From assembly GCA_022842995.1 (NCBI GenBank), contig JALHOM010000001.1:77985-141984 (forward strand): a DNA stretch of 64,000 nucleotides, given 5' to 3'. Origin of the DNA: Candidatus Saccharimonadota bacterium. GTDB taxonomy: Bacteria > Patescibacteriota > Saccharimonadia > Saccharimonadales > 2-12-FULL-41-12. A program made the position numbers and the translations under genes. The notes below the pieces were generated by a model. It saw nothing but the letters and a program-made list of their open reading frames with translations, made no database searches and had not been told where the DNA came from. Below are positions 44,045 to 52,507 of the stretch, in pieces; the first letter of the stretch is position 1; each line of letters begins with the position of its first letter.

Positions 44045-45739
44045 CTACATTTTTTCCGGTGTTGGAATACCCAAAATCTCGAGCCCGTCTTGCAAGACAT
44101 ATTTCACAACCGACAGTAGCCACAATCGTGAATCTCGCTCACGAAGCTCGGACTGCAAGACCTGCACCGCCTCATAATAACGATTGAGTTCTTTAGCTAG
44201 GTCATAGAGATACGCCGCCAGTTTGTGCATTTCATACGAGTCATGAAGTTCACGCAGTAATTCGGGATACTCCAAAACGCTGAGCAGCAGAGGCTTTTCG
44301 CTAGCCCAATCATAGTCTGGGTGAGGCTTTGGATTTGCAACTTCCGACTTGGCTAGAATACTCCTTATCCTGACCGCGGCGTACTGTACCGCTGGACCAG
44401 AAAAGCCATGGACGCTAAACATAGTCTCCCAGTCAAAGAGGACGCCATTCTTCCTATCCGAGGCAAAATCGTTAAACTTAATTGCCGCCAGAGCTACCGC
44501 ATGTGTATCTTCCGAAGCAATATCTGAGACAAACTCCTTGGCTTTTTGTTCAGCGTAGTCAATAAGGTCGTTCATGAGCACCACACCTTTACGCGAACTC
44601 ATTTTCTCTCTGGTTCCGTCCTCATTCTTTTGATCTATAAGTCCATGCCAGAGGTGCGTCACTTGCGCGCTATATCCCGCTTTTTTTACTACAGCGTTTA
44701 ACTGCCGGAAATAAAATGCCTGCTCCTGCCCGGTGTGAACAAATGTCTTCACGGGGTTCCAGGTGTTTTGTCGGTATTCAACGGTAGCCAGGTCGGTTGT
44801 AGCATATAATGCTGCGCCATTGGCCTTCCTGAGCATTAACGGGGTATCAATCCGTTCATCTTCAAGGGAGACAATCACAGCACCTTCACTGTTAGTGGCC
44901 ACCCCTTTGTCGAGTAATTCATCAACAAGCTGCTGTCCCCTCTCAACAAATACCGACTCCCCGAGCTCATATTCTGTCGAGATTCCCAGGCGGTTCATGA
45001 CCTGATGCATGTGGTCCAGCGAGATTTGATTGAACCTGTTGCTATAGCCAAGAGCTTCACTGTCGCTAGACTCCAATTTTTTGAGCCATTTTTGTACTTC
45101 GTCGGCCATCTCATGCCCACCAGCTTCTTTTTCAGCCTTGAGATCGGATGAAATCTGGATATAAACCCGAGCAAGTTCAGCAATACCATCTAAAGCCAAC
45201 TTTTCTTCTGAGCTATTGCGCAAAAACCCAACAACCCACTTTCCAAATGGCGTGCCAGAGTCACCGAGATGATTGTCGGTGATAACGTTATAACCCATCC
45301 TCAACATCAACTGATAAATGGCCCACCCCTGCAAAGCCGGACGCATATGCCCGACGCTGAAAGGTTTTGCCATGTTAGGACTTGGGAATTCGCAAACGAC
45401 AGTGAGTCCACTTCCTAGCTGAGACCTACCGAACCGTTCCTTTTGTTCGTTTGTCAATCTGTAAAGCTTTTGAAAATACGCCGTCTTTGGAAGTGTAATG
45501 TTTATAAACCCGGGCCCCGCTACTTGAGCTGATTCAATCATCTCATGTTCATTAAGTCTCAGGGACACAGCTTCGGCAATTTCACGAGGATTCTTGCCAA
45601 TCTTTCCTGATAGCTGAAGAGCAATATTGGAGGCAAAATCACCATGCTCCTCGGCAGTTCGCGAAACAACCACGTCACCTTCGTAATCAAATAAGTCTTT
45701 AACCAGGCCCGATAAAAGGACTTCTAATTCTTGCCTCAT
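44045..45739 (-). CDS. argS: arginine-tRNA ligase
   Basis: 564 aa. Class I signatures PNMAKPFSVGHMR and KMSSRKG. DALR-type C-terminal domain. Confidence 0.95.
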   Translation of the reverse strand: MRQELEVLLSGLVKDLFDYEGDVVVSRTAEEHGDFASNIALQLSGKIGKNPREIAEAVSLRLNEHEMIESAQVAGPGFINITLPKTAYFQKLYRLTNEQKERFGRSQLGSGLTVVCEFPSPNMAKPFSVGHMRPALQGWAIYQLMLRMGYNVITDNHLGDSGTPFGKWVVGFLRNSSEEKLALDGIAELARVYIQISSDLKAEKEAGGHEMADEVQKWLKKLESSDSEALGYSNRFNQISLDHMHQVMNRLGISTEYELGESVFVERGQQLVDELLDKGVATNSEGAVIVSLEDERIDTPLMLRKANGAALYATTDLATVEYRQNTWNPVKTFVHTGQEQAFYFRQLNAVVKKAGYSAQVTHLWHGLIDQKNEDGTREKMSSRKGVVLMNDLIDYAEQKAKEFVSDIASEDTHAVALAAIKFNDFASDRKNGVLFDWETMFSVHGFSGPAVQYAAVRIRSILAKSEVANPKPHPDYDWASEKPLLLSVLEYPELLRELHDSYEMHKLAAYLYDLAKELNRYYEAVQVLQSELRERDSRLWLLSVVKYVLQDGLEILGIPTPEKM

Positions 45740-45770
45740 AACAGCGGTAATTATATCAGATCAGGACACT

Positions 45771-46457
45771 TTAGCTTTTGGTTTTACCGGCCTGCTCGAG
45801 CAAGCGACCATATTCCCACACCACGAAATAGACCACACTGATCAATCCAAAGAATATCAACGTCGTTACATACGTCTGCGTATGAGCAAGCGGATTAACA
45901 ATTCGATCACTCACATCGAACAGCAAACCAGCTGGTCTCAGCAAAATATCCCAGGTATTCCAGCGGGAATATCGGCCCAAATAAATCGCAAAGCTCACCA
46001 GAAGTATCAGCATACTAATTACCGACCACGAGATAGTTGTCGAGAGCCGTTTATGTAGCTCGCGGTGCACTATATAAATACTGGTATAGCCCAAAATCAT
46101 GCCGCTTACGGCAAATGCCATGATCAGCACCGCATCATAAAGCACTGCTACCTCGTAAGTTCGGCCCAGATGAATAAAATCCGTCACAATATAAAAACTA
46201 TTCGGCAAAAAAACTAACCAAAGAAAAGTCAAAACTAGCTGTTGCCATGCACCCCACCCGCTGCTACGGATTCGGTGCACCAACCACCAAGCTAGCAACG
46301 GCGCCACGGCAGCTAAAGCCAGATTCCATATCAAAAACAAAAACCGACTGCTATCGCTTTCAAGGTAACGCGCCAGCACCATAAAGATCGAAAACCCGAC
46401 CACACCAAAAAGACTTATTATAAAGCGCTTCGGACTTGGGTTAGCTGTTTTGGTCAT
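45771..46457 (-). CDS. polytopic membrane protein (DUF1361-like)
   Basis: Six or more hydrophobic helices. FLIWNLALAAVAPLL resembles the DUF1361 signature as I recall it. Confidence 0.5.
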   Translation of the reverse strand: MTKTANPSPKRFIISLFGVVGFSIFMVLARYLESDSSRFLFLIWNLALAAVAPLLAWWLVHRIRSSGWGAWQQLVLTFLWLVFLPNSFYIVTDFIHLGRTYEVAVLYDAVLIMAFAVSGMILGYTSIYIVHRELHKRLSTTISWSVISMLILLVSFAIYLGRYSRWNTWDILLRPAGLLFDVSDRIVNPLAHTQTYVTTLIFFGLISVVYFVVWEYGRLLEQAGKTKS

Positions 46458-46496
46458 AGAAAGACATTATACCAAATCACCCCTGTTAGGGCCGCT

Positions 46497-47549
46497 TTAC
46501 CCATCTTTAAGAGCTGCTTTGAGCTTCGTAATAATATCGACCGGGCTTGGGTCTAAGCCGTTCAGTAATGCTACGTATAGACTCACAAAATCGCCATATG
46601 CCATACCATAAAGCATTTGCCGCAAAACAGTCTGACCTTGCAACTGCACCACTCGAGCAGCTGGCCGTTTACCGCTGAGCATCCGATCACTTACCTCAAA
46701 GCGCTTGATAACCTGCGGATGGTCTAGACTACTCCGTAGATCAATAATTTTATACGGCTTATCTATCGGGTGAGACGTCCAGCCCAAAAACTCATTGTGA
46801 TTAAACTCGGGATATTCATTCCACCAGGCAACATTTTTGGCGTTTTCGTTAAAACTTATCTTCCATTTATAAGCTACCGATCTAAACTGCCGAGAAGCAT
46901 AAATCACCGGACTACTCCCCGCCAGCTCTAAAGCCATAGTTTTAGCCGGATTATCCTGCGTCTTCACGTCAGGCCTAAACTGCGCCGTAACTTCTTTTAA
47001 GACTTCAGCTTCCTTTTCGAGTTCTGCTACAATTTCTGGTCCCGCCAGACCAAATGCCTCCATAATCTCGGCCTGTGCCTTTAACAGATATAGTGCTCCG
47101 TAGCGTGGCTGGGTTATAACGGGAAGCTGCAAATATATCAGCGACTGCTCTTTAGCTATTTTTTCTAACTCGCCACCGCTCGACATCACCACAATCTGGG
47201 CTTTTTTGGCCAAGGCAGCGTGCAGTGCACTGACGGTTTCTTCGGTGTTTCCCGAATAACTGGCTGCGATAAACAGAGTGCTCGGGCCAACATACGAAGG
47301 TATAGAATAATCCCGCACAATCTCAAACGGCACGTTAGCGCCTGGCCAGGTTTTGTATAATTCTGCCCCAAGCGGTGAACCGCCCATCCCGGCATAGACT
47401 ACTTCGGTAATCTGATTCGTTTGCTTGGGAACGTTAAAACGATGCTCTAGTTGTTGCCACTGTTTTTCGGCCACGCCCAGGGCATCTTGCTTGTCCCGAT
47501 CGTGTATCATCTTTAAATCATCCAGTACCGACATATCTACCTCCGCCAA
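46497..47549 (-). CDS. bifunctional phosphoglucose/phosphomannose isomerase (SIS domain)
   Basis: VVYAGMGGSPLGAEL and AASYSGNTEET SIS motifs. 350 aa. Confidence 0.7.
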   Translation of the reverse strand: MAEVDMSVLDDLKMIHDRDKQDALGVAEKQWQQLEHRFNVPKQTNQITEVVYAGMGGSPLGAELYKTWPGANVPFEIVRDYSIPSYVGPSTLFIAASYSGNTEETVSALHAALAKKAQIVVMSSGGELEKIAKEQSLIYLQLPVITQPRYGALYLLKAQAEIMEAFGLAGPEIVAELEKEAEVLKEVTAQFRPDVKTQDNPAKTMALELAGSSPVIYASRQFRSVAYKWKISFNENAKNVAWWNEYPEFNHNEFLGWTSHPIDKPYKIIDLRSSLDHPQVIKRFEVSDRMLSGKRPAARVVQLQGQTVLRQMLYGMAYGDFVSLYVALLNGLDPSPVDIITKLKAALKDG

Positions 47550-47620
47550 AATTCTTGCCGATTACGCTTACTTTTTGCTACTATACATTGTAACAAGTAA
47601 GTCGTTATTAAGGGGTGGAC

Positions 47621-48118
47621 ATGTTTAACGATCAATCTTCCGATCAACACGGACAGAACAATACAGATATGGATCAGGTGGCACAGGATATTTCTGGGGC
47701 TCCGGCTTTTGGCTTAGGGCACAATCCTAGCTCTTTTAATCCAGTACTTCCTAGCCAACAGAACACTCCTGTTGCCGACACAAGCGCCCCACAAGACGAC
47801 AACGTTCCGGTCTCCACACCTACGATGTCCGCGCCCGCCCAAGATAGCATTACACCTCCCGTTGAAGTTCACGGCGAGTTAAACGACATCAAAACCAAGG
47901 CCCTCGAGCAACTTTCGCCACTCGTTCACAAGCTCGATCAATCACCAGAAGATCGCTACAAGACCTTGATGATGCTTATTCAAGCTTCCGACAACCAAGA
48001 TTTGCTCAAAGAAGCCTACGAAGCCGCCAACCAAATCAGCGACGAACAACTCAAAGCCGAAGCCCTACTCGGCGTCGTCAACGAAATCAACTACTTCTCC
48101 GCCAAACAACAGAGCTAG
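47621..48118 (+). CDS. hypothetical protein (gene A)
   Basis: ATG behind an AAGGGGTGG RBS. The N-terminal half is low-complexity and the C-terminal half is helical. Its last 218 nt are duplicated at 49451-49668. Confidence 0.5.
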   Translation: MFNDQSSDQHGQNNTDMDQVAQDISGAPAFGLGHNPSSFNPVLPSQQNTPVADTSAPQDDNVPVSTPTMSAPAQDSITPPVEVHGELNDIKTKALEQLSPLVHKLDQSPEDRYKTLMMLIQASDNQDLLKEAYEAANQISDEQLKAEALLGVVNEINYFSAKQQS

Positions 48119-48121
48119 AAC

Positions 48122-48487
48122 CTAACGTATCCCCATTTGTCTCAGCGCATCATCACCAGAAGCAGGAAGACCCGGAAGTTGAGTCTGGGTTACTGGATTG
48201 TCCGCTTTTACCCTCGTACCAAAATCACTTCCATCGGCATAATGCATGTCCGCCACAGGAGCTCCTTCGTTATCTACTCCAGAAACGACAATTACCTCAT
48301 GCGCTGCACCAGTAGCGCCAATTCGCTCTGCAATTGCCCTAGCCCTAGACCCCAGATCAGCTTCCTTGTATGTTAACGCACCGGACTCGCCTGTTGCCAC
48401 ACCTTTATCCAATGCATCCATTTCTTCAAGAGATACTGGTCCAAGAAGACGAACGCTTTTATTTTTTTCTAGTTTTAAATCTTCCAT
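48122..48487 (-). CDS. hypothetical protein (cargo gene B)
   Basis: 121 aa, driven by promoter copy 1. Confidence 0.45.
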   Translation of the reverse strand: MEDLKLEKNKSVRLLGPVSLEEMDALDKGVATGESGALTYKEADLGSRARAIAERIGATGAAHEVIVVSGVDNEGAPVADMHYADGSDFGTRVKADNPVTQTQLPGLPASGDDALRQMGIR

Positions 48488-48525
48488 TTTTTTCCTTTTT
48501 TTATTTTTTAAATGAACATAATTCT

Positions 48526-48554
48526 AATGTATCATGCTTGTGCTTTTTTGTCAA
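48526..48554 (-). promoter_or_regulatory. near-consensus promoter, copy 1
   Basis: Minus strand TTGACA-N17-TACATT preceded by TGa. It is part of a ~38-nt exact repeat shared with 50401-50446. Confidence 0.55.
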
Positions 48555-48565
48555 TTGTCTTTTGT

Positions 48566-49450
48566 GGTTCATTAAACTAATACGGAACAGCCAGTAGAAT
48601 AAGTAGTTGGAAAAACACTTAATTCGAAAGGACTGTTCCGCAATGACTAGTCTAGCAGAGACACCAGGCGAAGTCTGGTGTCATAGATACATTTATCAAC
48701 TAACGTTCAGCACCAGGGGCTGTATACACTGTGCTGGCAAGCTCGTGTTCAAAAGCTCTCGTAGCTACGCTTGGTGTAAAACCTGTCGAGTTAAAATCTC
48801 AGCCAAAGCAGTTACGTGGCTTAGAAACAGTAACTTAAGCTATCGTCAAATCTACCAACTGCTCTGGTGCTGGCAGAAGCGAAAGGACCCTGGGTTCATT
48901 CATGACGCACCAGGGCTTAGTTACACGACAATAAATCGTTGGTATGAGCGCTTCCGCGCTCATCTACCGCAAGATGACTCTCGAAAGCTCCTCGTTGACC
49001 TGGTAGAGATCGATGAGTCATTCTTCGGTAAGAAGCGCTACAAAAACCAGAAGATCGTCATTGGTGCTATAGAACCGCAAACAAGGAGGATTAAGCTACA
49101 GATCATCACTGATCGTGAAGCAGAGACCTTTGAAGCTTTCGTCGAATCGAATGTTGCTAGCAGCTCGGTTGTCATGACTGACTCCCATCCTAGCTACAAT
49201 GACCTAGACTGTCTTGGCTATACGCATTACAGCTTTAATCACTCCAAGGGTGAATATACCAACACGAACCAAATCGAGAACCTGTGGGGAGTCATTAAGC
49301 GCTATATGAGAAAGCTCTATGGTTCTATTCCCACAAAACACTTGCAGTCCATTCTAGACGAATGGACTGCAAGACTGAACAGGCCAAGCCTGTTCATCTC
49401 ACCAGAAAACTACTTAGATGCTTGTTTGTTCCGGATTAGTTGACTGAACC
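48566..49450 (+). mobile_element. IS1595-family insertion sequence
   Basis: 25-nt terminal inverted repeats: ggttcattaaactaatacggaacag, and on the right end the reverse complement of ttgttccggattagttgactgaacc (21/25 match). Single transposase ORF. No flanking direct repeat. Confidence 0.8.
48607..49443 (+). CDS. IS1595-family (ISXO2-like) DDE transposase
   Basis: N-terminal Cys-rich zinc ribbon (CIHCAG...CKTCR). DDE residues in VEIDESFFG, VMTDSHPSY and NQIENLW. The true start may be the ATG at 48643. Confidence 0.8.
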   Translation: MEKHLIRKDCSAMTSLAETPGEVWCHRYIYQLTFSTRGCIHCAGKLVFKSSRSYAWCKTCRVKISAKAVTWLRNSNLSYRQIYQLLWCWQKRKDPGFIHDAPGLSYTTINRWYERFRAHLPQDDSRKLLVDLVEIDESFFGKKRYKNQKIVIGAIEPQTRRIKLQIITDREAETFEAFVESNVASSSVVMTDSHPSYNDLDCLGYTHYSFNHSKGEYTNTNQIENLWGVIKRYMRKLYGSIPTKHLQSILDEWTARLNRPSLFISPENYLDACLFRIS

Positions 49451-49668
49451 CCCTCGAGCAATTATCTCCGCTCGTAAATAAGCTCGACCAAACTCCGGAA
49501 GATCGCTACAAGACGTTAATGATGCTTATCCAAGCGTCCGACAATCAAGACTTACTCAAAGAAGCCTACGAAGCCGCCAATCAAATTGCCGACGAGCAGC
49601 TCAAAGCCGAAGCCCTTCTCGGCGTCGTCAACGAAATCAACTACTTCTCCGCCAAACAACAGAGCTAA
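49451..49668 (+). pseudogene. 5'-truncated copy of gene A (3' 218 nt)
   Basis: Starts exactly at the IS right end. Encodes LEQLSPLVNKLDQTPEDRYKTLMMLIQASDNQDLLKEAYEAANQIADEQLKAEALLGVVNEINYFSAKQQS*, nearly identical to the gene A C-terminus. Confidence 0.75.
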
Positions 49669-49678
49669 TTTCTGAATC

Positions 49679-50362
49679 TTAGGAGTTTAGTGCTACCCTG
49701 CCGAGTGGCGAAGAAACTTGAGATGTCAACTTTAGCGACTCTACTGCGGGATGCCTTTTTGCTCCATTTAGATATGTGTTGTTCGTCGGCCCCATATCCC
49801 GTATGTAGACATAGCCTCCTGATGATCCGACAACAAAATGCATATCAGAAGTAGTTCCATCAAACTTACCAGGATTCTCTTCGTCTTTCATACCTTTTCC
49901 AGCGTGAAACGCCTTTCCTACATTCATGAATTTGACATCGCCGTCGTAAGTCGGAGGGATTTCCACATATTCATATCCACCATCTTTTAAAGGTGCTAAC
50001 AGCCCATGAACATTCCTTTGCGGTACGTCTCCGCTCGGCGCTAACAGTTTATTGGATACTAAAATAAATTCCGTCCTTCGATTACTCGCCCCGGCGCCAA
50101 TCACGGCAAGCGGCAATAGTTCTCGTTCCCCGGATGCGCCCGGTTGCCTGAACTTTATGTAACCTTCTCCGTGAAGGACACTTTTATCAACCTCTAAGCG
50201 CTCTATCGACCCTTTCGGCATTGTAATTGGCTCGGTATCGCCATCTGGCAAATATTGTTGTTTTGTATCCCATACTTTTATTCCTTCCGGAAGCCTAACC
50301 CTGCTGGTATCTACCAAATCTGAAGGGTCTTGAATTAATTGTCTTTGACCTGATTCTGTCAT
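49679..50362 (-). CDS. hypothetical protein with a C-terminal FHA-like domain (cargo gene C)
   Basis: TSDMHFVVGSSGGYVYIRDMGPTNNTYLNGAK resembles the FHA core (SxxH ... DLGSTNGTxVNG). Driven by promoter copy 2. Confidence 0.5.
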   Translation of the reverse strand: MTESGQRQLIQDPSDLVDTSRVRLPEGIKVWDTKQQYLPDGDTEPITMPKGSIERLEVDKSVLHGEGYIKFRQPGASGERELLPLAVIGAGASNRRTEFILVSNKLLAPSGDVPQRNVHGLLAPLKDGGYEYVEIPPTYDGDVKFMNVGKAFHAGKGMKDEENPGKFDGTTSDMHFVVGSSGGYVYIRDMGPTNNTYLNGAKRHPAVESLKLTSQVSSPLGRVALNS

Positions 50363-50405
50363 TTTTATTTATCCTGGTTTTTTATTTTTGATTATTTATG
50401 TAATT

Positions 50406-50434
50406 AATGTATCATGCTTGTGCTTTTTTGTCAA
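50406..50434 (-). promoter_or_regulatory. near-consensus promoter, copy 2
   Basis: Identical TTGACA-N17-TACATT block upstream of CDS 49679-50362. Confidence 0.55.
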
Positions 50435-50466
50435 TTGTCTTTGTTGATATGTTGCTACTTCAAGCC

Positions 50467-50491
50467 AATAAAAAAGCGGCCGTTTCCAGCC
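50467..50491 (-). terminator. rho-independent terminator
   Basis: Minus strand GGCTG-GAAA-CGGCC followed by GCTTTTTTATT. Confidence 0.55.
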
Positions 50492-50499
50492 ACCTTCCC

Positions 50500-50530
50500 T
50501 AATTTCAATTTTCTAATTTCTAATTTCTAA
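50500..50530. repeat. (TAATTTC)n heptamer array directly after a stop codon
   Basis: taatttc aattttc taatttc taatttc taa. Confidence 0.85.
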
Positions 50531-50532
50531 GT

Positions 50533-50988
50533 CTACATTCCCTCGTCGCCAGTAGCTGGCAAAGCTGTGGCTGGTGTCGTAGTCGTCGATGCGTCACCAG
50601 TGCTCGGTGTCGATACTGGAGCTGGAGTAGTAGCAGACGTTGATGGAGTTGACGCAGCAGGAGAGCTACTTTGGCTCGAAGAGTTTGTAGAGTCGGTGGA
50701 TGTTGTAGGCGTCGAGCCTTGGTTGTCTGAGGCTTTGGTGTCTTCGTTCTTCTTGGATGATTCCGTGATAGTCTCTACTTTTTTGGGCTCGTTGTTATCT
50801 GAAAGACGGTTGTAGAGTGCCCGACCACCAAAGAACAGGCCGAGTCCAATAAGCAACGTAACAATAAGAGCAACAATGCCTAAAATAACCGCCACACCAG
50901 CTCGTTCACGGCGCTGTGACTGATAATACTGATTTACTTCCTCTGGAAGTACACTATTACTTTTGTTGGATCGTTTGAACAAAGCCAC
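50533..50988 (-). CDS. membrane-anchored Ser/Thr/Pro-rich protein
   Basis: TM helix AGVAVILGIVALIVTLLIGLGLFFG followed by an S/T/P-rich tail. Confidence 0.5.
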   Translation of the reverse strand: MALFKRSNKSNSVLPEEVNQYYQSQRRERAGVAVILGIVALIVTLLIGLGLFFGGRALYNRLSDNNEPKKVETITESSKKNEDTKASDNQGSTPTTSTDSTNSSSQSSSPAASTPSTSATTPAPVSTPSTGDASTTTTPATALPATGDEGM

Positions 50989-51104
50989 TTCTTATCTTCT
51001 CCTAAAACTACTTCACTTGATAGGAAATGTAGTTATAACACGTCCTTTTTGGCTATTTTACTACAAAGTGGCTAGTTTATCAAGTTCTCGGTTTTTTGAA
51101 AATA

Positions 51105-51137
51105 AAATGACCCCGAGGATTTTGCCTGGGGTCATTT
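51105..51137. terminator. bidirectional rho-independent terminator
   Basis: AAATGACCCC-13 nt-GGGGTCATTT, flanked by A-runs and T-runs. Confidence 0.6.
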
Positions 51138-51155
51138 TATTTGCTGATTTATAGC

Positions 51156-51428
51156 TTAGGGTTTTGGTTTGCGGACTTTGAGAAGTGCAACACCGACTAC
51201 AACGCCAATTACCGCAGTAACAAGCTGGGCAATCAGGAAGTCGCTTGGCATGCCTGCGTCACCATACATACTGTCGTTAGACGAGAACCAGGGTGTTATG
51301 TAGGTTGAAAGAGTACCGAGTACGTATTGAGCACTGGTTCCGATGATTACTGCGGCGGTTATGGTACCAAACCAATAATCAACAACGCCCGTGGACTTAA
51401 CTTTTTTTGAAGTGACTTTTTTAGCCAT
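51156..51428 (-). CDS. small membrane protein
   Basis: 90 aa with two or three hydrophobic helices. Confidence 0.45.
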   Translation of the reverse strand: MAKKVTSKKVKSTGVVDYWFGTITAAVIIGTSAQYVLGTLSTYITPWFSSNDSMYGDAGMPSDFLIAQLVTAVIGVVVGVALLKVRKPKP

Positions 51429-51512
51429 ATTTACTCCTTAAATATTGATTTAAGGTTATGCTAAAATGCGCTCAACGTCAATTGCCGTTTACGTAAAGCG
51501 CGGGAGAGACAA

Positions 51513-52424
51513 TTAGCCCAGACCCCTGCCACAATGCGGGAACGCCCCTAGGCCTTGTCTGCCGTACCAAATTCCACGTATAGCGATTAAGTCATACTCG
51601 CCTTGCTTTAGAATTCTTGTATTGAACGGCACGCCTCGATATCCATAAAGCTGCTCAACATCGGGAGCATGATTGTCTACGTATCCCCCTTCAGAATCAA
51701 ACTGATATGGACCTATATAATGGCCACCAGGAGAAACTGCGTCCACTCTATCTCCAGACTCACAATTACTCAAAGATTTCAAAACATATCTCCTAGCCGG
51801 GATTAAGTGTTTGAGTATCTGCTCACGGGGAGGAGCGAATCCGTAAACAGGATCGTATGGAACTCTAAAATACAGCCAGTCTGGCAATGGACCTAGTGGT
51901 AAATTGCGTGAACGAACGGGCTTTCGTTTGGCCTCGTTCCAGAACATCGTGTTCTTATCTTTCCAGTCGTTGAAGCCCGGTTTAAAACCGACTTTCTTCC
52001 AGCCACCGACTGGCACGTAATCAGGACCCCGCTTTTCCGGGCAAAACCGTGGGCCTGGCTTCGGCGTAACCCGACATCGCTTGGTAACTTTACGAATATA
52101 TTCGGCGCTAGCGGTTGAGGTTTCGCTTTTTTGCTCAGTCTCTTGGGCATGCGACATTACACGCACATTACCTGCGACCATTAAACTTCCCAGTGGTCGC
52201 GCCGGGGTTAATCTTCCCTCGGAGGCATCAAAACCTGCCAGTTGATCTGGATTACCTTGCTTTGTTGGTGACGCTGCATGAAGTTCCGGTACCTGTGCAG
52301 CCATAAGACCGCCACCGAAACTAATTGCACCTATCATAACCGCTGTGGAGCCTATTGCACTCCGTCGTAACCATGACATTTCTGGTGATCTGGTGCCATC
52401 CGAGCCTTTGCTCAAACGAACCAT
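51513..52424 (-). CDS. secreted protein with a transglycosylase-like (Rpf-type) C-terminal region
   Basis: N-terminal signal/TM. SNCESGDRVDAVSPGGHYIGPYQFDSEGGY resembles the CES...GxYQF core of Rpf-like domains. Confidence 0.45.
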   Translation of the reverse strand: MVRLSKGSDGTRSPEMSWLRRSAIGSTAVMIGAISFGGGLMAAQVPELHAASPTKQGNPDQLAGFDASEGRLTPARPLGSLMVAGNVRVMSHAQETEQKSETSTASAEYIRKVTKRCRVTPKPGPRFCPEKRGPDYVPVGGWKKVGFKPGFNDWKDKNTMFWNEAKRKPVRSRNLPLGPLPDWLYFRVPYDPVYGFAPPREQILKHLIPARRYVLKSLSNCESGDRVDAVSPGGHYIGPYQFDSEGGYVDNHAPDVEQLYGYRGVPFNTRILKQGEYDLIAIRGIWYGRQGLGAFPHCGRGLG

Positions 52425-52462
52425 ATTGTTATTATAACATCAATAATATATCTTAGGCAAAC

Positions 52463-52486
52463 AAAAAGCCCGGAGTTACCCGGGCT
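52463..52486 (-). terminator. rho-independent terminator after groEL
   Basis: Minus strand AGCCCGG-gtaact-CCGGGCT followed by TTTTGTTTG. Confidence 0.7.
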
Positions 52487-52507
52487 TTATTATCGCATTA
52501 ATGATGA

